A program made the translations under genes and the position numbers. From Bacteroidales bacterium (GTDB taxonomy: Bacteria > Bacteroidota > Bacteroidia > Bacteroidales > FEN-979): a stretch of 64,000 bases of DNA. The notes beneath the pieces were generated by a model. It was not told the origin of the DNA and did no database searches. It was given only the letters and a program-made list of their open reading frames with translations. Position 1 is the first letter of the stretch. Every line of letters starts with the position of its first letter. Below, one piece after another: positions 19,430-30,438 of this stretch. The DNA lies in contig JACZJJ010000022.1 of assembly GCA_014860625.1 (NCBI GenBank), forward strand, positions 11,887 through 75,886, read 5' to 3'.

Positions 19430-22400
19430 ATGATGAAATTTGTACTCTCCCGTGTTGCCATTGCAATCTTCCTTTTCAGCTTTCCTGTTTTGATGATTGC
19501 AGGAGAAATTCAGGTTACCTCCGGGAAGACCGAACTTCGTATTACTACGAACAACTACCAGCAGATGACCTTTACCAGCGATGTATCTTCTCTGCTTTAT
19601 CGCGATATCCAGACCAAACTGGGTATTTTCACTGAGCTGTATGTTGCTGGCTATGGATACAGCAGCACCGTGGGAGATCCGAAACTTCCTGTAGCCAGGA
19701 AACTGATTGAGATCCCCATGAATTCAATCCCGGAGGTCACGGTAACCCATTCAGCGTATACCGACTACACACTAGCCGAACTTGGCATCACCTTCCCGGT
19801 AATTCCCCATCAGGAATCTGTGAGTAAAGCCATCACCGATCCGGAGGAGATCCCTTTTGTCATCAATACTGATTCATACCAGCTAAACGAATTCCTCGGC
19901 GCCCCGCTGGTTTCCCTTTCACCAGCAGGAACCATGCGTGCAGTGACAATTGCAAGTCTGGATATTGCCCCTGTTCAGTACAACCCTGTTACCGGAACTC
20001 TGCGAGTCTATCAGACCATAGAAGCAACAGTCACCTTTTCCAATGGAAACGAACAAGGAAGTATTGAGCGGAAACAGGCTCTCTACTCACCCTTTTTTGA
20101 AAATGCATACGGCCAGCTGGCTAACTATAAGCCCCTTTCGGATGAGTTGATCATCACCGAACCGGTTACTTACATCATTGTCTCCGATCCGATGTTTGAA
20201 GATGCGCTGCAGCCTTTCATCGAATGGAAGACCCGAAAAGGATTTAAGGTTGTGGAGGCTTATACGGATAATCCTGCCGTTGGCACTACCACCACAGCGA
20301 TAAAAGCTTACCTGCAGAATTTCTACAACAATCCCCCTTCCGGATACGAAGCTCAAAGCTTTGTTCTGATTGTTGGCGACGTTGCCCAGGTTCCTACTTT
20401 TACCGGAACTTCCGGAAGTCACCCTACTGATCTTTATTACTTCGAATATACAGGGGATAAGATTCCCGAATGTTATTACGGGCGCTTTTCAGCAAATAAC
20501 CTGACTCAGCTGCAACCACAGATAGATAAGACCCTCGAGTACGAACAGTACCTCTTCCCCGATGAGTCTTTCCTTGGTGAAGTGGTTATGGCAGCCGGTG
20601 CCGATGCCACGTTTGGTCCCCTTCATGGGAATGGCCAGATCAATTACGGAACGAACAATTACTTTAATACAGCCCATGGTATCCTCTCCTACACGTACCT
20701 CCAGCCTGAGCCTTCGGGAGGAAACTACTCCAACCTGATCAAGGGGAATGTCTCCGCTGGCGTTGCCTATGCCAACTATACCGCACATTGCAGCGAGCAG
20801 GGGTGGGCTGACCCTTCATTTAAAATATCCGATATTCCCAACCTGCAGAACAATCATAAGTATTGCCTGATGGTTGGCAACTGTTGTCTCAGTAACCGGT
20901 TCAACACCAACTGTTTCGGAGAAGAACAACTGCGGGCAGCAGGGAAGGGAGCTCTCGGCTACATCGGAGGAAGCAACAACACCTACTGGGATGAAGATTA
21001 CTGGTGGGGCGTTGGATTTCAAGCGGTCTCATCCACAGGGCCCTCTTACAATTCCGATCACCTGGGAGCATATGATGTGACCTTTCACGACCATGGCGAA
21101 GCGATTGACGATTGGTTTGTGACACAGGGACAGATGGTTGTTGGCGGGAATCTTGCCGTGCAGCAATCGAATTCGGGAATGAAAACCTATTACTGGGAGA
21201 TCTACCACCTGATGGGAGACCCTTCACTGATGGTCTACATGTCGATTCCCCCTCAACTGACAGCTACCTACATGGATCCAATCCTGGTAGGAACCACTAC
21301 CCTGAACATCACCACAGAACCTTATGCCTACATTGGGTTATCAGAGAATGGGAATACCCTCGTCTCTTGCGCCTGCGCAGATGCCGCAGGAGCAGCAACG
21401 CTGACATTTGCCGCTCAGACGAACCCGGGATACCTCGGACTTGTGATCACGAAACAGAATTTTAAACCGCTGATTGATTCCATCCAGGTCATTCCGGCAA
21501 CAGGCCCCTACCTGAATCTTTCCTCATTCACTGTGAATGATTCCGTAGGTGGAAATAACAACAACAATGCCGACTTCAGTGAAACCATCACCCTCGATCT
21601 GAGTGTTACAAACCTTGGGATAGCTACGGCATACAATGTGTCCGCCACACTTACCACGACCGATACCAATATAGTGGTAACGGATAACTCCTGCACCATC
21701 GATTCGGTTGCAGCCGGAGCGACCGTCACCTGTTACGATGCCTTTGCAATGACTGTAAACGACTTTGTGGTTGATCAGCATGTAGTTGCAGGGGAGATTC
21801 TTTTCGACGACGGAACCGATAGCTGGACCTCCGACCTGATGCTAACGCTGAATGCACCTCTGTTGATGGTTTACAACATGACCATTTCCGACCCTGCACC
21901 GGGAGGAAATAACAATGGAGTTCTCGACCCGGGTGAGAATGTCATCCTTTCCGTTGCTACCAGGAATATCGGGCACGCCGGAGTTGGAAATGGCTTTGGG
22001 CACCTGGTCGTCCAGATTCCTTCAAGTCCCTTTATCATCGTGAACAATCCCAATACGCTTATTGGCAACCTGCCGGTCAATACGATTGTCAATGTAGATT
22101 TCCCGGCCATAACCAATGGGATCACCCCAATCGGGACGATGGTAGGTCTGGACTTTAGCGAAACTGCCGGACCCCTGAATCAGTTTGCTGCACAGAAAAC
22201 CTTCGAGCTTGAAATTGGGGCAGCCCCGATTTACCTGATGCAGAACGGCTCTAAAACTTCTTGTAATGCAAAGTTTTACGATTCCGGAAATTCGAATATG
22301 AACTACAACAACAACGAAAACTTCACACTCACTTTCTATCCGGGAACGCCAGGCTCATTTATTGAAGCTGATTTTTTAGAGTTTGACGTAGAACCACAGA

Positions 22401-23338
22401 CAAATTGCAATTATGACTACATGACGATCTACAATGGCGATGATATTTTCGCTCCCGTAATCGGCACATACTGCGGAACAGACTCACCTGGTGCGGTGGA
22501 GTCAACTTCGCCGGATGGAGCTCTCACCTTCAAGTTCCATTCCGACTATGCCGACACCTTTTCTGGATGGGAAGCAAATATCAGCTGTGCAGGAGGCCCG
22601 CTTGGGATGACTGCCAATGCCTTCCCTTCATCTGTTTGCAAGGGTTCAACTAGCCGTTTGTCAGTGATTCCTTCGGGTGGATCGGGAACCTACACCTACC
22701 TGTGGACACCTGCAACCTATCTGGATGATCCTGCAAGTCAGTTCCCCTATTGCACACCCGATGCCGATATCACATACACAGTTACGGTGGATGATGGAAG
22801 TGCAACACTCACTTCAGCTCCGGTTGAAGTCACGGTACTGGATATCCCTGATGCCCCTGTTGCCACACTGAACGGTTATACGCTGGAATCAAGTGTTGCC
22901 GATGGGAACCAGTGGTATTACAACGGAGCCATCATCCCTGGTGCCACACAACAAACCTACCTGCCTTCACTTTCGGGAGATTATTACGTAACCGTTGCCG
23001 ACCAGGTTACAGGTTGCGAATCAGCCCCCTCCAATACAGTCGTATTCCTGTTCACTGCGGTCGACCATACTCAGGCACAGAGATTTGTTTCGGTCTATCC
23101 AAATCCGTTTACCGACCAGCTCAACATTTCGTTTTTCCTCCCGGAAGCCTCCGGTTCTAACGTGATCCTTTCGGATGCCTTTGGAAGGGTAATCCGGGAG
23201 CTTGAGGATAAGAGCCTGCTGCAATCCGGCAAATACAACCTGGTTATGGATAGCGGAAACCTGAACCCGGGAATCTATTACTGCAGGATCCAGACAGATT
23301 CGTACACGGTGGTACGGAAAGTTATTCTGACGAGATAA
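19430..23338 (+). CDS. Kgp-like C25 gingipain-family protease with CUB domain and T9SS CTD
   Basis: C25 propeptide (GDPKLP), ANYTAHCS, VGNCC, YWDEDYWW; CUB (CNYDY...YCG); VYPNP CTD. Confidence 0.88.
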   Translation: MMKFVLSRVAIAIFLFSFPVLMIAGEIQVTSGKTELRITTNNYQQMTFTSDVSSLLYRDIQTKLGIFTELYVAGYGYSSTVGDPKLPVARKLIEIPMNSIPEVTVTHSAYTDYTLAELGITFPVIPHQESVSKAITDPEEIPFVINTDSYQLNEFLGAPLVSLSPAGTMRAVTIASLDIAPVQYNPVTGTLRVYQTIEATVTFSNGNEQGSIERKQALYSPFFENAYGQLANYKPLSDELIITEPVTYIIVSDPMFEDALQPFIEWKTRKGFKVVEAYTDNPAVGTTTTAIKAYLQNFYNNPPSGYEAQSFVLIVGDVAQVPTFTGTSGSHPTDLYYFEYTGDKIPECYYGRFSANNLTQLQPQIDKTLEYEQYLFPDESFLGEVVMAAGADATFGPLHGNGQINYGTNNYFNTAHGILSYTYLQPEPSGGNYSNLIKGNVSAGVAYANYTAHCSEQGWADPSFKISDIPNLQNNHKYCLMVGNCCLSNRFNTNCFGEEQLRAAGKGALGYIGGSNNTYWDEDYWWGVGFQAVSSTGPSYNSDHLGAYDVTFHDHGEAIDDWFVTQGQMVVGGNLAVQQSNSGMKTYYWEIYHLMGDPSLMVYMSIPPQLTATYMDPILVGTTTLNITTEPYAYIGLSENGNTLVSCACADAAGAATLTFAAQTNPGYLGLVITKQNFKPLIDSIQVIPATGPYLNLSSFTVNDSVGGNNNNNADFSETITLDLSVTNLGIATAYNVSATLTTTDTNIVVTDNSCTIDSVAAGATVTCYDAFAMTVNDFVVDQHVVAGEILFDDGTDSWTSDLMLTLNAPLLMVYNMTISDPAPGGNNNGVLDPGENVILSVATRNIGHAGVGNGFGHLVVQIPSSPFIIVNNPNTLIGNLPVNTIVNVDFPAITNGITPIGTMVGLDFSETAGPLNQFAAQKTFELEIGAAPIYLMQNGSKTSCNAKFYDSGNSNMNYNNNENFTLTFYPGTPGSFIEADFLEFDVEPQTNCNYDYMTIYNGDDIFAPVIGTYCGTDSPGAVESTSPDGALTFKFHSDYADTFSGWEANISCAGGPLGMTANAFPSSVCKGSTSRLSVIPSGGSGTYTYLWTPATYLDDPASQFPYCTPDADITYTVTVDDGSATLTSAPVEVTVLDIPDAPVATLNGYTLESSVADGNQWYYNGAIIPGATQQTYLPSLSGDYYVTVADQVTGCESAPSNTVVFLFTAVDHTQAQRFVSVYPNPFTDQLNISFFLPEASGSNVILSDAFGRVIRELEDKSLLQSGKYNLVMDSGNLNPGIYYCRIQTDSYTVVRKVILTR

Positions 23339-23375
23339 AACCAATCATCAAATAAAAACCAGAACCAAAACCAAC

Positions 23376-26300
23376 ATGAGACACATCTTCACAATGATCT
23401 TAGTACTGGCAATCAGCCTTGCCGGTATGAGCACAAACTGGGTTGATATCAAATCAAACAGCCCTGTGCCGGCAAAAATTACTCTTGTTAAATCAACGAT
23501 CGAAAAGTCGACCATCACCTTCACCCTGGAGGGATTTTTCCTGAATCCGGTGGAAACACCAAAAGGAATGGCTTTTATTCCTTCGGTTGAAGAGGGAACA
23601 CCCTGGATGGAAGCAGGAGCTCCGGATCTTCAAAAGCTGACTTCAACCCTGGTTATCCCTGATCTTGCAGGCATGACAGCGAGGGTAATTGCTTCCAGCT
23701 TTACGGATTACCCAAATATCGAGATCGCTCCTTCCAAAGGAAACCTGCTTCGTAACGTTGATCCCGCATCCGTACCCTACACTTATGGAAATGCCTATGC
23801 AGCCAACAGGTTTTATCCGGGAGATATTGTCTCCACCCGTGATCCTTTTATCGTCAGGGACCTTCGGGGACAGACCGTCCTGGTATCTCCTTTTCAGTAT
23901 AATCCAGTCACCAAAGTCTTACGGGTATACAACGAGGTTACAGTCGAGCTGGTTAAAGAGAAGGATAATGGCATGAATCAGCTGATCAGGAAAGAGAGCG
24001 AAATCAAGATTCATGAAGAGTGGGCACAGATCTACTCCAATGAGTTTCAGAACTTCGATGCAGTGAACTACACTCCGCTGGAAGAGTATGGAAATCTTCT
24101 GATTATCAGTTATGGGGCTTTCATGGATGCCATGCAGCCTTATGCCGACTGGAAAACTTCCATTGGCTTCCCCGTTGAGATGATAGATGTATCTACGATC
24201 GGAACAACTGCTGCTGCATTAAAAACCTACATTACTGACTACTACAATACAAATGGATTATCCTTTGTTCTGTTGGTTGGTGACATAGCCCAGATCCCTA
24301 CAAACACAGGTGGAGGCCTTGGTGGTCCGTCCGATAATGCATACGGCTACATTTTAGGCAGCGACCATTACCAGGAGCTCCTTGTAGGTCGTTTCTCTGC
24401 CGAATCGGAAGCCATGGTGGAGACACAGGTTACACGTACCCTGAACTATGAAATGGATCCCCAGTTACTTACTAACGACTGGTATACCAGCGTTATCGGA
24501 ATTGGTTCGGACCAGGGCCCTGGTGACGACGGAGAATATGACTACCAGCACATCCGGAATATGCAGGATGACTGTTTGGGGTATACCTATACCCTGAACT
24601 ATGAGCTCTTTGACGGATCGCAGGGCGGTAATGATGCCCCGGGAAATCCAACCCCTTCCCAGGTTGCAGCCGATGTGAATGAAGGGGCCTCCCTCATTCT
24701 GTATTGTGGACACGGAAGTACTACTTCATGGGGAACCTCCGGGTTTAACAACAACAATGTCAACAGTCTTACCAACAATGATAAGCTTCCCTTTGTATGG
24801 TCGGTTGCCTGTGTGAACGGTGAGTTCATGAACGGAACCTGCTTCGCGGAAGCCTGGTTGCGCGCTACAAATAACGGCGAGCCGTCAGGAGCTGTTGCTT
24901 TCTTCGGCGCTACTATCAACCAGAGCTGGAATCCCCCGATGGAGGGTGAAGATGAGATGGTGGACATCCTGGTTGAAAGCTATTCAAGCAATATCAAACG
25001 CACTTTCTCCGGACTTTCCATCAATGGGTGTTTTAAAATGAATGATACCTACGGCTCCGGAGGAAATGACATGACTGATACCTGGGTCGTTTTTGGTGAT
25101 CCAACCATTTTTGTTCGTACCGATAATCCCGGAACCATGACGGTGACTCATGATCCAACGCTGTTTGTAGGTTCTACTTCCCTATCGGTCTCCTGCAACG
25201 TAGACGGAGCCCGTGCCACGGCATCCATGAACGGCGAAATGCTCGCAACGGGAATTATTTCCGGCGGTAACATCGTACTTAATTTCCCTGCACTTCCCAA
25301 TCCCACTGATACCGTTCGGTTGGTGGTGACTGCCTTTAATTATATTCCATACATTGCAGATATCCAGATCATCACACCAAATGGTCCATACATTCAATAC
25401 ATCAGCAATACGGTCAACGACCAGGCCTGGAACAACGACCAGCTCGTCGACTACGGAGAGGATATTTACCTCGGGGTTGCTGTCAAGAATCTGGGAGTGG
25501 AAGCCACATCCGACCTTGTTGTTGGATTGACAACACCCAATCTTTACATCAATTTAACGGATAATACAGAAGATTATGGCATTGTTCTTCCCGGAGAAAT
25601 AAAAGAGATGCCGGATGGGTACTACTTCCATGTTTCAAGCAACATCTCTGATGGTACCAGCATCGAATTTGAGATGACGGGCGTTGATGGACTGGATAGC
25701 TGGACATCCAACTTCAGCATCATGGCTCATGCACCGAATCTTACTCTGAATAACTGCGTTGTTCTGGATCCCGGCGGGAATAACAACGGAAGAATGGATC
25801 CGGGCGAAGCGGTTGATCTCAATATCACCCTCGTCAATTATGGCTCCTCTGCGGCATATAGTGTATCAGGCGAACTCATTTCCATCAGTCCTTATGTGAC
25901 GGTTGTATCCGATTCCAAGAGTTTTGGTGATATGGCATCCGGGGAGACAAGTTCACAAATCTATGGAGTCACAGTGGACCCAACGGCGCCGGAAGGACAA
26001 TTGGCTCCATTTATGCTGGAGATCACAGCCGATCGTGGTCTGGCAAAGGTTGTCACATTCAACCTGGTGATTGGCAAGACTCCTGTTCTTGTGATTGACA
26101 TGGATGGAAATCAGAATTCAGGTTCAACAATTGTCGATGCCGTTTCCAATCTTGGCCTGATGTCAGATTATATCCAGTCTGTACCTGCAGATATGGCTGA
26201 TTACACTTCAATATTTGTTTGTCTTGGGATGTATCCCGATAAGCATGTTCTTTCCAGTACGGAAGGTACCCGTATGAAAAACTTCCTGGATAATGGAGGA

Positions 26301-27215
26301 AGAGCTTACATGGAAGGTGGAGATACCTGGAAATACGATCCGCAAACTGCCGTTCATCCCATGTTCAGCATCCAGGGGTTAAACGACGGGGGCACCGACC
26401 TTGGCACACTTCTGGGACAAGCCGGCACTTTCACCGATGGAATGACCTTTGATTATAATGGTGACGATAAATTCGCCGACAGGATTATAAGTCAGGGAAC
26501 AGCATTCCAGATCTTCAGAAACCAGTCGCCAAATTATTACTGCGCCGTGGCTTACGATGGCGGAAGTTATAAAACAATCGGTAAATCGTTTGAATTCAGC
26601 GGTCTGACAGATGGCGCCCTACCTTCCACAAAGTTGAATCTGATGGTTGAGTACCTCACCTTCTTTGGAATTGATATCCCGGCATTGGCAGCCAATTTTG
26701 CAGGCTACCCAACGAGTATCAGCATTGGTGAGAGTGTTGGTTTCTATAACTTTTCTACTGGTGGAATCGTTTCCTACGACTGGTCATTCCCTGGTGGAAC
26801 ACCGGCGACTTCAACTGAACCGGAACCTGTTGTATTTTACGACACTCAAGGAGCCTATGATGTAACACTTACTGTCAGCGATGGAATAAATACAAATACG
26901 ACTACAAAGACAGATTACATCCTGGTTGACTATGCCACCGGAATCTCTGCTAACGACGGCTCTCTGCAGTGTGTCCTGATGCCGAACCCGAATAACGGAA
27001 CCTTCATCCTTAGGATGGCTGCTGCCGAAGAGAATCAGGTAAACCTGAAGATCTTCAACACCTTGGGAACCCTGGTCTATTCAGAAGATGCCGTATCAGT
27101 GCACAACAAGCTTGATAAGAACATCTCGATCCGGAATGTACCTAACGGAATCTACGTCATGACAGTTCAGGGTCAGAAAGGAACCTGGACCGGAAAGATC
27201 GTCGTCAACAAATAA
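23376..27215 (+). CDS. Rgp-like C25 gingipain-family protease with PKD and T9SS CTD
   Basis: IAPSKG propeptide, YCGHGS, VACVNG, TINQSW; PKD; MPNPNNG CTD. Confidence 0.9.
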   Translation: MRHIFTMILVLAISLAGMSTNWVDIKSNSPVPAKITLVKSTIEKSTITFTLEGFFLNPVETPKGMAFIPSVEEGTPWMEAGAPDLQKLTSTLVIPDLAGMTARVIASSFTDYPNIEIAPSKGNLLRNVDPASVPYTYGNAYAANRFYPGDIVSTRDPFIVRDLRGQTVLVSPFQYNPVTKVLRVYNEVTVELVKEKDNGMNQLIRKESEIKIHEEWAQIYSNEFQNFDAVNYTPLEEYGNLLIISYGAFMDAMQPYADWKTSIGFPVEMIDVSTIGTTAAALKTYITDYYNTNGLSFVLLVGDIAQIPTNTGGGLGGPSDNAYGYILGSDHYQELLVGRFSAESEAMVETQVTRTLNYEMDPQLLTNDWYTSVIGIGSDQGPGDDGEYDYQHIRNMQDDCLGYTYTLNYELFDGSQGGNDAPGNPTPSQVAADVNEGASLILYCGHGSTTSWGTSGFNNNNVNSLTNNDKLPFVWSVACVNGEFMNGTCFAEAWLRATNNGEPSGAVAFFGATINQSWNPPMEGEDEMVDILVESYSSNIKRTFSGLSINGCFKMNDTYGSGGNDMTDTWVVFGDPTIFVRTDNPGTMTVTHDPTLFVGSTSLSVSCNVDGARATASMNGEMLATGIISGGNIVLNFPALPNPTDTVRLVVTAFNYIPYIADIQIITPNGPYIQYISNTVNDQAWNNDQLVDYGEDIYLGVAVKNLGVEATSDLVVGLTTPNLYINLTDNTEDYGIVLPGEIKEMPDGYYFHVSSNISDGTSIEFEMTGVDGLDSWTSNFSIMAHAPNLTLNNCVVLDPGGNNNGRMDPGEAVDLNITLVNYGSSAAYSVSGELISISPYVTVVSDSKSFGDMASGETSSQIYGVTVDPTAPEGQLAPFMLEITADRGLAKVVTFNLVIGKTPVLVIDMDGNQNSGSTIVDAVSNLGLMSDYIQSVPADMADYTSIFVCLGMYPDKHVLSSTEGTRMKNFLDNGGRAYMEGGDTWKYDPQTAVHPMFSIQGLNDGGTDLGTLLGQAGTFTDGMTFDYNGDDKFADRIISQGTAFQIFRNQSPNYYCAVAYDGGSYKTIGKSFEFSGLTDGALPSTKLNLMVEYLTFFGIDIPALAANFAGYPTSISIGESVGFYNFSTGGIVSYDWSFPGGTPATSTEPEPVVFYDTQGAYDVTLTVSDGINTNTTTKTDYILVDYATGISANDGSLQCVLMPNPNNGTFILRMAAAEENQVNLKIFNTLGTLVYSEDAVSVHNKLDKNISIRNVPNGIYVMTVQGQKGTWTGKIVVNK

Positions 27216-27217
27216 CA

Positions 27218-28060
27218 TTATTCTACCAGATGTTGTTTCTCCACCTGGATGATCTCTTTGGTTTCGCTGTTGAAAACAAAGGCAACCAGTGAAAGGTGGT
27301 CAGGATTCCAGCTATCGTTTATCGTATAAACATATGTGTTGGAATAGGTCAGGGTTGTATCTACTGCGTTTGTCACCTGCTCCCCGTATGTTCCGTTGAG
27401 GACAGCTCTCAGCATATCATTGAACACGTAGTTCTCGATATCGGGAACCGTTCCCACATTGGGGTCATTGTTTTTCTGCCACCCGACAATGCTGTCTTCA
27501 AGGATACAGACAGTGAGGTTATAGGCTCCCGGTAATTCTGAATGGAACGTTGTCTCAATGGTTGTATTGATGTGATGACGGCTTAGGGGAGTATACTCTG
27601 TGGTGATACGGATGGACGCCACCTCATTTTCCTGAGCGACGCTGGCAACAGCCTCAGCCCAGGATCCGGATCCGATTGCCGGTTTCCCATTGTAGGGAGC
27701 CCGGTTGACCATCCCCATCGGGTTGGATATCAGTAAAAAATCGTTGAACCAGGAAACACCTTCTGTCACACGGTAATCTGTCGAATAGTGACCGGATGCG
27801 TCCGGCTCGGAAAAATATCCGGCATGAACTGTCATTAAAATAACCTGTCCTTTGTAGAGATCTACCAGGGCTTCTGCATCTGCTGTTGCAGCCGGACAGT
27901 TAACACACTTCATCCCCGTATAATCTTCCAGAAGAACTTTCCGCTTGTTGGTGTCGAGCACAATCACTTTCTCACTGGAATAAGGTTGATCCAACTTATC
28001 GCAGGAAACCACCAGGATACCTGCCAGTGCCATCATTAAATATAAAACCCTGAATTTCAT
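27218..28060 (-). CDS. Omp28-family lipoprotein (CxxC)
   Basis: Lipobox VVSC; KVLLEDYTGMKCVNCP. Confidence 0.85.
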   Translation of the reverse strand: MKFRVLYLMMALAGILVVSCDKLDQPYSSEKVIVLDTNKRKVLLEDYTGMKCVNCPAATADAEALVDLYKGQVILMTVHAGYFSEPDASGHYSTDYRVTEGVSWFNDFLLISNPMGMVNRAPYNGKPAIGSGSWAEAVASVAQENEVASIRITTEYTPLSRHHINTTIETTFHSELPGAYNLTVCILEDSIVGWQKNNDPNVGTVPDIENYVFNDMLRAVLNGTYGEQVTNAVDTTLTYSNTYVYTINDSWNPDHLSLVAFVFNSETKEIIQVEKQHLVE

Positions 28061-28070
28061 ATTCTTATAT

Positions 28071-28119
28071 TTTCTTAATTTCCTAATTTCGCTTTTCGCT
28101 TCTCGCTATTTCGCTATTT
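28071..28119 (-). repeat. Heptamer array (AnnAGCG) plus octamers (TTAGGAAA)
   Basis: 28087-28111 is the exact reverse complement of 44792-44816. Confidence 0.85.
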
Positions 28120-28123
28120 AATT

Positions 28124-29845
28124 CTAGAAACTGCTATTGATTGTCAAGGTGAACCCTGTTGATTCAGGTACGTAGCGGCAAACACCTCCTACGCACACAA
28201 CACCTTCGCGCTGACGTCCGTAGGAAAGGGCAATGCGGGTTGTATTGTAGATAAAGCCTGCTGAGAAATTGTAATAATGTAACTGAAGATTCGAAACGGG
28301 GTTTCCGATGTTCCACTGATCACTGACAGAGATAAACCATTTTGGAGAGATTGTCAGCTCCAGCATTCCTGCCATCCAGTTCCCTTTATCCTGTTTTGCC
28401 CACAAACCCTGTACTTCTCCGCGAATGGAGTACTTTTTAGTGATGTTCCATGTAATATCCACCACACCGATATTGGCATAAACAGTTCCATATTCGTCGA
28501 GATGCCCTTCGATCACATCTTTGTTGTAGGTTTGATAGTAGTATGCAAAAATTCCTTTCCATTTCTTATTGAACTTCTTCGTCACTTCAATATTTACATC
28601 CTGGTAGAAGACGTCTTTCCAATCCACTGCAAAAGGAGTCGATTTGTATCCAAGTGTTCCCGGTGTATTAATAGCTGTTGTATCATTGACTTGTGAACGT
28701 TTGATGTTGTTCACCTGAGAAAAGTTGATGGCAAAGTTCATTCCGTACTTGCCCCCAAGTTTGGAGTTTTTGGGGAGGGAAAAAATCAGCTCTGCAGACG
28801 CTCCGACCTCTCCGGTAGGCTGGGTGGCATACGGATACATAGCTGCAAGGAAATAGGTGTGTTCTTTTGTGACAGCGGGGAGGTAATTAATATCGAGTGC
28901 ATTGTTCGTGACCGAACGGTTGGATTTATAACTCATGTTATCAATCCATTTGGTTTTAGCCGTCAACCCGAAATTTTTACGGGAATAGGAAGCCGTTAAC
29001 AGCCATCCGTCGCCATTTTTGTAAATATAGTGGTTCATGGCTGAGGGATCGTTGATCTTGTGGGCGTATTCCGTATAGAAGTTGAACCCACTGTAATTTA
29101 GGTTGAGCCGACCGCCATAGGTAGCCACATTCTCAGGAAGGTTGAGTTCGTAGATTTTGGGAGGGACCACAATCTCCATTGATTTTCCTTTCTGGAAATC
29201 GCTCACAAAGCTTCCTCCAAAGCTAAGTTTAAATTTTGACGAGGAGAGGCTCGAAATCATGTCGTTGAGGTAAAAATCGGCATCCAGCCCTTTTACAATA
29301 CCCCTGTTATTGTCCTTGAAGGGAACCCAGTAGGTACGCTGAACGCCCACCACTCCTGTGATGGCGACACCGCTAAAGGGCGTCAGTTTAACCCTCAATC
29401 CGCGCATGGAGTTGTCATAGCCAAGAGTCCAGTCCTGGTAAGTCCTGAAAATCATTCCGTTTCCAAACTGTTCATAGAAATTACCAGCTGTCACCTCAAT
29501 CAGTTTGTTTTTGTATTTCACATACCAATAAGGAACTCCATACCCCTGGTACTCCTGGTCATATCCGAGAAGAGGAGGAAGGTACGCCTCAAATCTGAGT
29601 CCCGCAGAAAAGTTCTTGTAAGAGTAGTTGACATCAGTAAATCCCTGCACCCGGAAATATTTCCCGTCGAGGGTCGAGTCTGTGATGCCCAGCTGGCTGT
29701 CGGTCATGTAGTAAACCGCATCACTCTGAAAACTTCCGCTAATCTGACTGTTTTCCAGGAACCCTTGTCCAAACAACATCACAGGCACCGAAAACAATAC
29801 AACGATAAGCCCTTTTAACATGGCTTCTCTTTTCATAGATCGCAT
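28124..29845 (-). CDS. DUF6029-like outer-membrane beta-barrel protein
   Basis: GNFYEQFGNG, YGRQREGVVCVGGVCRYVP, C-terminal Phe; lies between tlpA and omp28. Confidence 0.72.
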   Translation of the reverse strand: MRSMKREAMLKGLIVVLFSVPVMLFGQGFLENSQISGSFQSDAVYYMTDSQLGITDSTLDGKYFRVQGFTDVNYSYKNFSAGLRFEAYLPPLLGYDQEYQGYGVPYWYVKYKNKLIEVTAGNFYEQFGNGMIFRTYQDWTLGYDNSMRGLRVKLTPFSGVAITGVVGVQRTYWVPFKDNNRGIVKGLDADFYLNDMISSLSSSKFKLSFGGSFVSDFQKGKSMEIVVPPKIYELNLPENVATYGGRLNLNYSGFNFYTEYAHKINDPSAMNHYIYKNGDGWLLTASYSRKNFGLTAKTKWIDNMSYKSNRSVTNNALDINYLPAVTKEHTYFLAAMYPYATQPTGEVGASAELIFSLPKNSKLGGKYGMNFAINFSQVNNIKRSQVNDTTAINTPGTLGYKSTPFAVDWKDVFYQDVNIEVTKKFNKKWKGIFAYYYQTYNKDVIEGHLDEYGTVYANIGVVDITWNITKKYSIRGEVQGLWAKQDKGNWMAGMLELTISPKWFISVSDQWNIGNPVSNLQLHYYNFSAGFIYNTTRIALSYGRQREGVVCVGGVCRYVPESTGFTLTINSSF

Positions 29846-29866
29846 CCTATTTTGGTTTCTATTAGA

Positions 29867-30397
29867 TTACTCTTCGATGGTTTCGCCGGCATTCAGCTTT
29901 CTGACCAGTTCAATCAGATGGACCTCATTTCCTTCCGTATAAGAAGAGTGCTGCCAGACAATATTTCCCTCTCCGTCAATTAGAAACGTATGCGGAGGAA
30001 ATCCAACATTCATAGCACGCTTGAAGTCTTCGTTCGGGTCACGAAGTACTTCATATTCCCATCCTTTACCGTTAACTGTTGGTTCAACGGTAGCGCTGGA
30101 GCGGGAATTATCGACGGAGACAGCTACCAGTTTTACACCGGTTTCTTCTACCCAATCGTCATATACATCAGCAATGGCACTCAGCTCTTTGATGCAGGGC
30201 TTGCACCAGGTCGCCCAGAAGCAAAGGATGATAGGCTTCCCGTCATTGTTGATACTGCTCGTATTGAATGGATTCCCCTGAAGATCTTGAATATCAACAG
30301 ACGGAATCTTTTTATTGCTTTCGGGAGCGGTTTCCTGGGCTATTCCTGTCCATACAAAAAGGAGAAGCGCCAAAAGAGTCGTAATGGTTCTTTTCAT
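29867..30397 (-). CDS. TlpA-family thiol-disulfide oxidoreductase
   Basis: FWATWCKPC; signal peptide; TATCTTTG at 30427-30434 on the minus strand. Confidence 0.9.
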   Translation of the reverse strand: MKRTITTLLALLLFVWTGIAQETAPESNKKIPSVDIQDLQGNPFNTSSINNDGKPIILCFWATWCKPCIKELSAIADVYDDWVEETGVKLVAVSVDNSRSSATVEPTVNGKGWEYEVLRDPNEDFKRAMNVGFPPHTFLIDGEGNIVWQHSSYTEGNEVHLIELVRKLNAGETIEE

Positions 30398-30438
30398 GGT
30401 TGATTTTCAGTTTGGTTAAGAGCGTGCAAAGATAAGGA

